The notes beneath the pieces are model-generated. The model had not been told where the DNA came from. It did not search any database and saw only the letters and a program-made list of their open reading frames with translations. From contig JBCBYO010000010.1 in the NCBI GenBank assembly GCA_039815825.1, positions 6,886 through 70,885 on the forward strand: a DNA stretch of 64,000 nucleotides. Reading direction: 5' to 3'. How positions within the stretch are numbered: the first letter of the stretch is position 1; every line of letters begins with the position of its first letter. Below are positions 30,374-38,640 of this stretch, piece after piece. The DNA comes from Pseudomonadota bacterium (lineage in GTDB: Bacteria; Pseudomonadota; Alphaproteobacteria; Rhizobiales; Rhizobiaceae). Both the position numbers and the translations under genes were made by a program.

Positions 30374-30925
30374 ATGAAACTCTCCGCAACAATCGCGATA
30401 CTTACCATTTTTGCTCTTTGCGGCGCTGCCACAGCCCAAATCGCTGCAGAAAACCTCGTTTCACGCATGCCTGAGGGATTTCATGTGGTTCATTCAGACA
30501 CCAAAAACCGCGATACTATTGTGGAGATGGTTCCGCTGAATGAGACGCGCGAGAATTGGGAAACGCTTTTGAAGGTCAACATACTTCGCCGAACGTCACT
30601 GTCTGCGCTTGAATTTCAGCTCCGATTGGTTGCTGGGTGGGATCGGGCCTGTCCGGCCAGTAACCGTACGCCGGTCGATGCGGGTCTCGAAAACGGCTAC
30701 GAGTTTGCGGTCGATCTTTTGATGTGCGCCAACGCACCGCAGACGGAAGCCCCGACTGCCGTTCTGGTGAAATCAATCCGTGGTCACGACGCGCTTTATT
30801 CACTCCAAGTTTCGATGCGCGGCGAGATAGAATTAGACAGGACATTTGAGTGGGTACGTTACATGCGTGGTATTCAGGTGTGCGATACCCGAAAGCCGCA
30901 CCACCCTTGCCCACAGGGTTGGTAG
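30374..30925 (+). CDS. Hypothetical secreted protein (no family recognised)
   Basis: Signal peptide MKLSATIAILTIFALCGAATAQ. The mature part contains 4 Cys. Confidence 0.5.
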   Translation: MKLSATIAILTIFALCGAATAQIAAENLVSRMPEGFHVVHSDTKNRDTIVEMVPLNETRENWETLLKVNILRRTSLSALEFQLRLVAGWDRACPASNRTPVDAGLENGYEFAVDLLMCANAPQTEAPTAVLVKSIRGHDALYSLQVSMRGEIELDRTFEWVRYMRGIQVCDTRKPHHPCPQGW

Positions 30926-31603
30926 TCAGTTCAGAGCCCAGTCAATCGGCGCCATCCCATTTTGAGCAAGAAAAGCGTTGGCTTTGGAAAACGGCCGTGT
31001 ACCAAAAAATCCATTGTGAGCAGACAAGGGGGAGGGGTGCGGCGCTTTCAGTACAAGATGTTTTTGCATGTTTACAAAAGCGGCTTTCTTTTGGGCGTAT
31101 GAACCCCAAAGGATGAAAACAGTCGGGCTGTCACGCTGTTCAACCAATCGAACGATCGCATCGGTGAATTGCTCCCAGCCCCGACCACGATGCGAAGCAG
31201 CTTGATGCGCCTCTACGGTCAGCACCGAGTTTAGCAGCAACACACCCTGCGCTGCCCATTTTTCCAGATTGCCGTGGCCTGCCGGTTCAATGCCAAGGTC
31301 GCTTGCCAACTCCTTATAAATGTTGGCCAAAGATGGTGGTACACGCACACCAACTGGCACAGAAAAGCTCAATCCATGGGCCTGACCAGGGCCATGGTAG
31401 GGATCCTGACCGAGGATGACGACCCTCACATCGTCGAGTGGGGTTGTATCGAGCGCATGAAACCAGTGACTTGCGGGTGGAAAGATCCGTTTTCCCGCCG
31501 CCCGCTCACTGACCAGAAAATCCCGCAACGCTTTCATATAGGGAGCATCAAACTCCGCGCGAAGTGGATCCAACCAGCTGGCGTGAAGCTTGATGGACGA
31601 CAT
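30926..31603 (-). CDS. ung: Uracil-DNA glycosylase (family 1)
   Basis: [18 protein letters not shown] and HPSPLSA motifs. Start taken at [10 protein letters not shown] (31603); I judge the longer ORF extending to 31804 to be spurious. Confidence 0.93.
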   Translation of the reverse strand: MSSIKLHASWLDPLRAEFDAPYMKALRDFLVSERAAGKRIFPPASHWFHALDTTPLDDVRVVILGQDPYHGPGQAHGLSFSVPVGVRVPPSLANIYKELASDLGIEPAGHGNLEKWAAQGVLLLNSVLTVEAHQAASHRGRGWEQFTDAIVRLVEQRDSPTVFILWGSYAQKKAAFVNMQKHLVLKAPHPSPLSAHNGFFGTRPFSKANAFLAQNGMAPIDWALN

Positions 31604-31685
31604 GGATAATCTCCGCTGGCGAAAAATCATATGGCGTCGGTGCCACAACCCATGTTTAGAATGCGCGCGGATCGGGAGGAAAGTC

Positions 31686-32882
31686 GTGCGCCAGTTTTTT
31701 ATTCTGCTTTTTTTAAGCGTTGTCGTGTTTGCGGGTCCAGCTACCGCGCAATCAGGCCGGGTTACCGGAGAGCCTAGCGGGCCGCAACTACGGCTCGAAT
31801 TCAATCGCTCCCCGGCGTCCGCTATCCAATTGCTCGAAAGCCGGGGCTATTCCGAAGTCAAGATCCTAAATCGAGATCTCTTGGCGTTACGGGTTGAAGC
31901 GTGTCGCGAGGGCGAGAGGCTTGAGTTCTCGCTGCGTTTAGATGGCCGTGTTTTCAATTCACGCAGGGTCGGTTCATGCCGTGCCCGGGCCATTAATCAA
32001 GAGCAGGCACGCGAGATAGCACGGGCACAAGGGCTTACGCGTATTGTTATCGAACGGACTGAAAATGGGTTGCGCGCAATTGGATGCGACAGCAACGGCA
32101 ATCGGGTTATTATCCGCTTGTCGAACAGCGGACGTATTGAAAACAGGCGCCGCATCGGCCGCTGCGATCAAATCCTGACAATTGCACAGGTTGCAACAAT
32201 TCTAACTGCTCAAGGTTTTACCCAGCTCGAATATGATGAGGGCGAACGCCGCCCACCTTACTCGTTTCAAGCTTGCGAAGGCCGCAATCGGTTTGGTTTG
32301 GTTCTTTCTGGCACCGGTCAGATTCAGGACCGCGTGGCGCTTGGTTTGTGCGAACGCCAGATCGAACTTCGCGACTTGCCCAAGGTTTTGGGTGAGCAGG
32401 GTTTTGACCGCATTGAGATCGTTGACGGCACACCGCCAAATTATGTCGTTCGTGCCTGTCGGCGAGGGACACGCTATGATCTAATTGTTGGGGGTCGAGG
32501 AGAAATCCTTGAACAAAACTCAATCGGACCGTGCCGCGATCGCGTGGACCTCGACGCGTTAAAGTTGGCGATGGAGCGTGAAGGTTTCTACAACATCGAG
32601 GTCAAAGCGGCCGATAATCGTCAGTTCAGCGCAACCGCCTGTTATGGCGAAATCACCTATGGGCTTATATACAATCGGTTTGGCGATCCGGTCGATCAGG
32701 TTCGCGGGAGATCGTGCCGTCCCATGCGCTTTGCAGAGCTGCGCGCAATTGCCGAGGCGCGTGGGGTCGATGGCGCTACGATGGTTCTTGAGGGTTGCCG
32801 GGGCGGCCGCGCTATCGTTTCGCGCCTCGATCGGAATGGCATTTACACGGAAGACTCGGTCCCTTCGGCAAAGTGTCAATGA
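31686..32882 (+). CDS. Secreted protein made of six tandem ~61-aa repeats, each with a conserved Cys pair (PepSY-like repeats?)
   Basis: GTG start at 31686, 6 nt after SD GGGAGGA. Signal peptide [23 protein letters not shown]. The repeat pattern is h..h...GF..h.h.......h.h.AC..G.R..h.h...G.I......G.C, occurring six times. Confidence 0.7.
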   Translation: MRQFFILLFLSVVVFAGPATAQSGRVTGEPSGPQLRLEFNRSPASAIQLLESRGYSEVKILNRDLLALRVEACREGERLEFSLRLDGRVFNSRRVGSCRARAINQEQAREIARAQGLTRIVIERTENGLRAIGCDSNGNRVIIRLSNSGRIENRRRIGRCDQILTIAQVATILTAQGFTQLEYDEGERRPPYSFQACEGRNRFGLVLSGTGQIQDRVALGLCERQIELRDLPKVLGEQGFDRIEIVDGTPPNYVVRACRRGTRYDLIVGGRGEILEQNSIGPCRDRVDLDALKLAMEREGFYNIEVKAADNRQFSATACYGEITYGLIYNRFGDPVDQVRGRSCRPMRFAELRAIAEARGVDGATMVLEGCRGGRAIVSRLDRNGIYTEDSVPSAKCQ

Positions 32883-32897
32883 CTATCCGATAAAATA

Positions 32898-32920
32898 AAC
32901 GGGCGGGTGTTCCGCCCGTT
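32898..32920 (-). terminator. Rho-independent terminator of the dksA-like gene; the hairpin is shared with the convergent repeat-protein gene
   Basis: 10-bp stem AACGGGCGG/CCGCCCGTT with a 5-nt loop. On the minus strand it is followed by UAUUUUAU. Confidence 0.7.
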
Positions 32921-32943
32921 CTGGCTACGCATTTAAAAAACAG

Positions 32944-33267
32944 CTACGCGCTGGGCGCGTGTTTTTTGCAAAATGGCGTGTGGGGAAGAACATCCAACCG
33001 TTCCTCGGAAATTTTCTCGCCGCTTACAACGCAATATCCGTAAGTGCCGTCATCCATACGCTGTAGCGCAGCATCGATGGCCTTTATTTCCTCCTGACCA
33101 GATACGCCCAAATCTTCCAGAACCTCATCCTGTTCGCTTTCGGTCGCGTCATCGTCCCAATTCGGGTTCGATGGTTGATCGAGCTCATCTTCGATGTTTT
33201 CTAGGCGCATGACGAGATATTTGCGCCGTTTTTCAAGCTTTTCACGGTACTTTTCAAAGTCAGCCAT
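32944..33267 (-). CDS. DksA/TraR-family protein with a degenerate (2-Cys) zinc-finger motif
   Basis: 107 aa. Acidic coiled-coil N-terminus. C-terminal CVVS-x17-CKKH occupies the place of CxxC-x17-CxxC. Confidence 0.75.
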   Translation of the reverse strand: MADFEKYREKLEKRRKYLVMRLENIEDELDQPSNPNWDDDATESEQDEVLEDLGVSGQEEIKAIDAALQRMDDGTYGYCVVSGEKISEERLDVLPHTPFCKKHAPSA

Positions 33268-33569
33268 GCCGTTTCCTCTCTTGTGTTTTCAGGCACTAGC
33301 TTAGGCCGGCATTGCCGCTTTCCCTTTGATTCAAGTCAAAACGGTCTCGACTGGGCAGTTCGAGAAATACGGAACCTCCACGCAACGCATTCTCGCCAGA
33401 AACATCATCTAACCCGCCTTTATAGGCGAGTATCGGCTCTCTCGGTTTTTCACTCCCGCTGCCGTGAAGATGATGTTCGCCGCGAATTTAAAGACGCTCT
33501 TACGATGCACCCTACGCGGCGCGCCAACCGCTTTTTCAGCGATCGGTGGCCCATGCTGAAAGAACTTGG

Positions 33570-34286
33570 ATGACAGCAAATTTTTCTCGCAGAACTTTTT
33601 TAGGAATGACGCTCACGAGCGCGCCCACCGCGTGCAGCACAGGATCACGAAGGGAATATGAACCATTCTCAACTGCCCCGACACCTTTGGTGGCAACCGC
33701 CGCGCCCTCGATCATGCCGCTCTATTACGGTCCGTTGCCGTTAGAACAATTTCCGGTGCCCGCCGTGCCAGCTGGGGTGGTGCCTGAACGTTATTGGCGA
33801 AAACGCGTCATCACCCCATTTTCCCGTTATGCGCCCGGCACATTGGTTGTCGATCCATACAATTTCTATCTTTATCACCTCCAGCCGGGCGGAACAGCCA
33901 TGCGTTACGGGATCGGCGTTGGCAAACAAGGCTTTGCTTGGTCCGGCAATGCTGTGGTCCAGTTCAAGCGAGAGTGGCCACGGTGGAAAGCGCCAGCCAG
34001 TATGATCGCCCGCCGCCCCGAATTAGAGCCCTATTCGGTCGAAAATGGTGGCATGGACCCTGGTCTGGAAAATCCGTCGGGGGCCCGTGCTCTCTATTTG
34101 TATGAAAACGGCGTTGATACCCTGTTCCGAATTCACGGTACACCGGAAGCGAACTCAATTGGGCAAGCCGTATCATCTGGTTGCATTAGGATGCTAAACC
34201 AGGACGTGATCGATCTTTACAACAGGGTTGCAAACGGTTCGGCTGTCGTTGTGCTTTCGTCGGCGCCATCATCTGCACTTTTCTGA
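33570..34286 (+). CDS. L,D-transpeptidase (YkuD domain), Tat/Sec exported
   Basis: MTANFSRRTFLG signal sequence. Catalytic motif HGTPEANSIGQAVSSGCIRM. Confidence 0.85.
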   Translation: MTANFSRRTFLGMTLTSAPTACSTGSRREYEPFSTAPTPLVATAAPSIMPLYYGPLPLEQFPVPAVPAGVVPERYWRKRVITPFSRYAPGTLVVDPYNFYLYHLQPGGTAMRYGIGVGKQGFAWSGNAVVQFKREWPRWKAPASMIARRPELEPYSVENGGMDPGLENPSGARALYLYENGVDTLFRIHGTPEANSIGQAVSSGCIRMLNQDVIDLYNRVANGSAVVVLSSAPSSALF

Positions 34287-34381
34287 GACCCAGCAAACAA
34301 ATTTGTTACCGGCAAGACGTTGGATCGGTCCCGAATTTCCACTACGTAGGTCAAGAAACTGACCACAAACGGGAAATCCAC

Positions 34382-35044
34382 ATGCCGCGTCAAATCAATA
34401 TCTCTCGTCGTCATGCACTGCGCTTGAGCGCAACTGCTACAGGCTTGGCGTTTTTGCCAAGTCTCGCATCAGCGCAGTCACTGCCGCCTTCCTCAGGTTC
34501 TGTTAACATGGAAGAGCTGTTGGCAGAGAGCGCGCTGCCCGATATGATTAAAGGAAGTTCGGATGCCCCGATCACGATCGTTGAATATGCGTCCATGACG
34601 TGTGGGTTCTGCGCCTTGTTCCACAATGATGTTTGGCCCACAATCAACGAGAAATATGTTGAGACAGGTAAAGTACGGTTTATCGTCAGAGAGTTTCCAT
34701 TGGATCCACGTGCGGCAGCTGCTGCGATGTTGGCCCGTTGTGCACCTAACGACTCATATTTTGCGATGGTAGACGTCCTGTTTAAACAACAGACCGCGTG
34801 GGCAAGAGCCGAAGATGCGCGTCCTCCATTGGAAAATATCGCCAAATTGGCTGGTTTTACACAAGAGACGTTTGAAGCGTGCTTGACCGATCAAAAGCTT
34901 CTGGATGATGTCAATACCGTGCGCGTACGCGGATCGGAGGAATTTGGCGTGAGTTCGACGCCGACATTCTTCATAGACGGTGAAAAATACTCCGGGGTGC
35001 TATCGGTTGAGCAAATGTCAGCCATCATCGATTCAAAACTCTGA
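34382..35044 (+). CDS. DsbA-family thiol:disulfide oxidoreductase
   Basis: 220 aa with a signal peptide. CxxC active site in SMTCGFCALFH. Confidence 0.85.
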   Translation: MPRQINISRRHALRLSATATGLAFLPSLASAQSLPPSSGSVNMEELLAESALPDMIKGSSDAPITIVEYASMTCGFCALFHNDVWPTINEKYVETGKVRFIVREFPLDPRAAAAAMLARCAPNDSYFAMVDVLFKQQTAWARAEDARPPLENIAKLAGFTQETFEACLTDQKLLDDVNTVRVRGSEEFGVSSTPTFFIDGEKYSGVLSVEQMSAIIDSKL

Positions 35045-35052
35045 CCTTCCAC

Positions 35053-35072
35053 GGGTGTGGCAAGGCACACCC
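35053..35072 (+). terminator. Possible weak terminator hairpin after the dsbA-like gene
   Basis: GGGTGTG-gcaagg-CACACCC lies 8 nt after the stop, followed by TGCTTTG, which is a poor U-tract. Confidence 0.3.
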
Positions 35073-35107
35073 TGCTTTGAGCTGTCTAAATCGCGGCGGT
35101 GCTTGCC

Positions 35108-38100
35108 ATGAAGTTTGAAAAGCTCCGCCTGCTCGGCTTTAAATCCTTTGTAGAGCCGACCGAATTCATCATCGAGAAAGGGCTTACAGGTGTTGTCGGC
35201 CCCAACGGTTGCGGCAAATCAAATCTGGTTGAAGCGCTAAGATGGGTGATGGGCGAAAGCTCATACAAAAACATGCGTGCCTCCGGCATGGAGGATGTGA
35301 TCTTTTCCGGATCGGCGAGTCGGCCTTCACGTAACATGGCTGAGGTGGCGCTCTTCCTCGACAACAAGGATCGCACGGCACCAGCCAGTTTCAACGACAC
35401 AGACGGCCTTCAAGTTGCTCGACGTATCGAGCGCGATGCTGGCTCGGCGTACAAGATCAACGGCAAGGATGCCCGGGCAAAGGACGTTCAACTTCTCTTT
35501 GCCGACCAGTCGACGGGCGCCCGCTCTCCTTCGATGGTGGGGCAGGGCCGTATTGGTGAGCTGATCCAGGCCAAGCCGCAAGCACGTCGTGCACTTTTGG
35601 AAGAGGCGGCTGGCATCTCCGGTTTGCATTCGCGCCGCCATGAGGCCGAGCTGCGCTTAAGGGCGGCAGAGACCAATCTGGACCGCCTTGATGATGTCAT
35701 TGCAGAACTGGAAAGCCAGATTGAAAGCCTAAAGCGGCAGTCCAGACAGGCCAACCGTTTCAAAACATTATCGCGCGATATTCGCTCAGCTGAAGCAATA
35801 CTCCTACACCTGAAATGGGCACAGGCAAAAGATTCTGAGGGAGAGGCACAGTCTCTGCTTTCAACAGCAACGGCAGCAGTTGCCGCCAACGCGCAAGCGC
35901 AGATGAACGCCGCCAAGGAGCAAGCTGCGGCGCAGCATCATTTGCCGCCACTACGCCAAAGCGAAGCCGAAGCGGCGGCCGCGTTACAAAGGCTGACAAT
36001 CGCGCGCGAACAGATCGACGCGGAAACGAGGCGTATCGAAGCGCGTCGCCGGGAATATGAAGAGCGCATTGCGCAGTTGGCGCGCGACATCGAACGTGAA
36101 GAAACGATGCGCACCGAAAACGCCGGTTTTCTGGCGGCGTTGGACGAAGAAGAGGCGGACCTGAAAGCCGCTGAAGATGGTTCCGCCGATCGCGCAGCCG
36201 ACCTGGAAAAAACGCGCGATGAAAATGCAAAAACGCTGGCACAAAGCGAAGCGTCATTGGCGGAAATAACGGAGTTGCGTGCAGAAACACTCGCGCTTCG
36301 AAGTCAATTGGAGCGTCGCATCCGCGAAGCGACGGAGCGCAAAGCCCGGCTGGAAGCCCAGCACGAAGCGAATACGTCTGATTTGTCTGACGTTGTAGCG
36401 CAAATCGCAAAACTTCCTGATCCCGGCTCAAAAGCTGAGGCGTTGGCCGATGCAGAAGAAAACATCATAGCCGCTGAAGCTGCTGCGCGGGACGCAGAAG
36501 CTAATGTGGCGAAAGCGCGTGAAGAGGAAGTCAAACTCCGTCCGGTTTTGAGCCAGGCACGCGATATTGTCGGTGCACTGGAGACCGAAGCGCGTACAAT
36601 TGCAAAACTACTCAATGTCGAAGCGACAGACCTTTTTGTGCCAATCGTTGAAAGTTTTAAGGTCGCCAAAGGTTATGAGACTGCGCTCGGCGCTGCGTTG
36701 GGCGATGATTTGGAGGTGCCTGCAGATGCCGCTTCGCCGGTTTTCTGGGCCGGTACATCGGATGGAGCTACCGATCCTGAATTACCTGCAAGTGTGGATG
36801 CACTTTCCAAATTTGTAACAGGCGCTGACACGATCGCCCGACGTTTGGCGCAAATTGGCGTGGTATCCGACGAAGCAGAAGGTGATCGTCTAAGCAGCGA
36901 ACTTTCGGTCGGACAACGACTTGTGACGAAAGAAGGGGCGCTTTGGCGTTGGGACGGTTACCGCGCAAAAGCTGATGCGCCATCGGCTGCAGCACTGCGT
37001 TTGGCGCAGAAAAATCGACTAGCTGAACTAGACGCCGAGATTGTCGCTGCCACAAAAGCAAAGACCGAAGCACACAACACGGTCATCGCGGCTGAAGCTG
37101 CAACAAGCGAAGCGCAAAAAGGTGAAGCCGATGCGCGAAATCATGTGCGTGATGCTCAAGCCAAAGCACAAAGCGCACGTCAGGATTTAGCGGCTGCAGA
37201 ACGAGCCACCGGTGAACTATCACGTAAACGCGCAGTGCTGGAAGAAGCAGAGCAGCGGCTTCTAGCCGACTTAAGCGAAAATACGGCGGTCTTGACGGAA
37301 GCACAGTCGGCCCTCGACGCTGAGCCGGAGCGCGAGACTTACGATGCCCGCATAAATGAAGCGCAGACGCGTGTGGCGCAAGACCGGGCAAAAGCGGCGG
37401 AAGCACGCGCCGCATTCGAGGGTATCTCACGCGAGCGCGAGCAACGGCTTAAACGCCTTGAAGCGATTGGTCGTGAGCGCCAGAACTGGGTGCGCCGCGG
37501 TGAAAATGCCGTCGCGCAAATCGAAACGCTTTCCACTCGCAAGACGGATACCGAACAGGCGCTGGACCTTATCTCTGGTGCGCCGGAGGATTTGGAGATC
37601 AAGCGGCGTGATTTGATCCGCGAAATTGAAAAGGCTGAGGCCAATCGCCGACAGGCTGCCGATGACCTGGCAAAGGCGGAAGCTGCCGCGCGCGAAGCCG
37701 ACAAGACCGCCAATGAAGCGGTCAGTGAGTTAGCGCAAACCCGTGAAGGGCGCGCACGGGCCGAAGAACGCTTGCTGGCGCTAACTGCCCGGCGCGAAGA
37801 TGTGGAGGCCCGCATTCGCGAAGTGTTGCAATGCCAGCCTCACCAAGCGTTGGCCAAAGCGGAGTTGGAAGACGGTGCAAAACTGCCAGATCTGGAACCA
37901 ACGGAGAAACGCCTTGAGCGCCTCAAGATAGAACGCGAGCGCCTCGGTGCCGTGAACCTTCGCGCAGAAGAAGAGCAAGCTGAACTCATCGAACGGCTCG
38001 ATACGATTGTGTCGGAACGTGACGATGTGATTGCGGCTATTTCGGAACTGCGCGGTGGCATTTCCGGTCTCAATAAAGAAGGTCGTGAGCGCCTCCTTTC

Positions 38101-38569
38101 AGCGTTTGAAGATGTACAAACGCATTTTACCAAGCTGTTCACTCACCTGTTTGGCGGCGGCACGGCAGAGTTACAACTCATCGAAAGCGATGATCCGCTT
38201 GAAGCGGGGCTTGAGATTGTTGCCCGTCCGCCCGGTAAAAAGCCGCAAACAATGACGCTTCTTTCGGGCGGTGAGCAGGCTCTAACCGCCATGGCGCTGA
38301 TCTTCGCGGTGTTTTTGACCAACCCAGCGCCAATCTGTGTACTCGATGAGGTCGATGCGCCGCTCGACGACTACAACGTAGAGCGGTTCTGCGATCTGAT
38401 GGATGAGATGACCCGGCAGACCGACACGCGCTTTGTAATCATTACGCATAACCCGATCACAATGGCGCGGATGGATCGTCTTTTTGGCGTTACGATGGCC
38501 GAACAGGGCGTCTCCCAACTGGTATCTGTCGACTTGCATCGTGCTGAAGAGCTACGCGAAGCCAGCTAG
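35108..38569 (+). CDS. smc: Chromosome segregation protein SMC
   Basis: Walker A GPNGCGKSN, long coiled coils with a hinge, signature LSGGEQAL, and Walker B CVLDEVDAPLD. Confidence 0.96.
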   Translation: MKFEKLRLLGFKSFVEPTEFIIEKGLTGVVGPNGCGKSNLVEALRWVMGESSYKNMRASGMEDVIFSGSASRPSRNMAEVALFLDNKDRTAPASFNDTDGLQVARRIERDAGSAYKINGKDARAKDVQLLFADQSTGARSPSMVGQGRIGELIQAKPQARRALLEEAAGISGLHSRRHEAELRLRAAETNLDRLDDVIAELESQIESLKRQSRQANRFKTLSRDIRSAEAILLHLKWAQAKDSEGEAQSLLSTATAAVAANAQAQMNAAKEQAAAQHHLPPLRQSEAEAAAALQRLTIAREQIDAETRRIEARRREYEERIAQLARDIEREETMRTENAGFLAALDEEEADLKAAEDGSADRAADLEKTRDENAKTLAQSEASLAEITELRAETLALRSQLERRIREATERKARLEAQHEANTSDLSDVVAQIAKLPDPGSKAEALADAEENIIAAEAAARDAEANVAKAREEEVKLRPVLSQARDIVGALETEARTIAKLLNVEATDLFVPIVESFKVAKGYETALGAALGDDLEVPADAASPVFWAGTSDGATDPELPASVDALSKFVTGADTIARRLAQIGVVSDEAEGDRLSSELSVGQRLVTKEGALWRWDGYRAKADAPSAAALRLAQKNRLAELDAEIVAATKAKTEAHNTVIAAEAATSEAQKGEADARNHVRDAQAKAQSARQDLAAAERATGELSRKRAVLEEAEQRLLADLSENTAVLTEAQSALDAEPERETYDARINEAQTRVAQDRAKAAEARAAFEGISREREQRLKRLEAIGRERQNWVRRGENAVAQIETLSTRKTDTEQALDLISGAPEDLEIKRRDLIREIEKAEANRRQAADDLAKAEAAAREADKTANEAVSELAQTREGRARAEERLLALTARREDVEARIREVLQCQPHQALAKAELEDGAKLPDLEPTEKRLERLKIERERLGAVNLRAEEEQAELIERLDTIVSERDDVIAAISELRGGISGLNKEGRERLLSAFEDVQTHFTKLFTHLFGGGTAELQLIESDDPLEAGLEIVARPPGKKPQTMTLLSGGEQALTAMALIFAVFLTNPAPICVLDEVDAPLDDYNVERFCDLMDEMTRQTDTRFVIITHNPITMARMDRLFGVTMAEQGVSQLVSVDLHRAEELREAS

Positions 38570-38640
38570 ACTTCGGCGGTCATGCGCGATAGCCCCTAAA
38601 TTACGATTGAGTACGGTGGCTCCAAACCACCAAGGGCTGT

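Noticed and set aside
31604-31804. N-terminal ORF extensions suggested by the ORF track. These are ung to 31804, trxB to 9370, guaB from 53104, oxyR to 56188, rpoD from 27421, the yqeY-like gene from 23558, the transglutaminase-like gene to 51789, rlmE from 48917 and tspO from 63414.
   Set aside because: The extensions are not homologous-looking, being Arg/Ser-rich. Several would overlap neighbouring genes or promoters. Internal Met codons give the canonical N-termini, often with a recognisable SD.
33283-33573. A 96-aa ORF in the 300-bp dksA-like/ldt divergent intergenic region. I also considered a possible sRNA there.
   Set aside because: The translation is Arg/His/Ser-rich and unlike a real protein. 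I found only 4-5-bp stems and no convincing hairpin-plus-U-tract, so there is no support for an RNA gene either.
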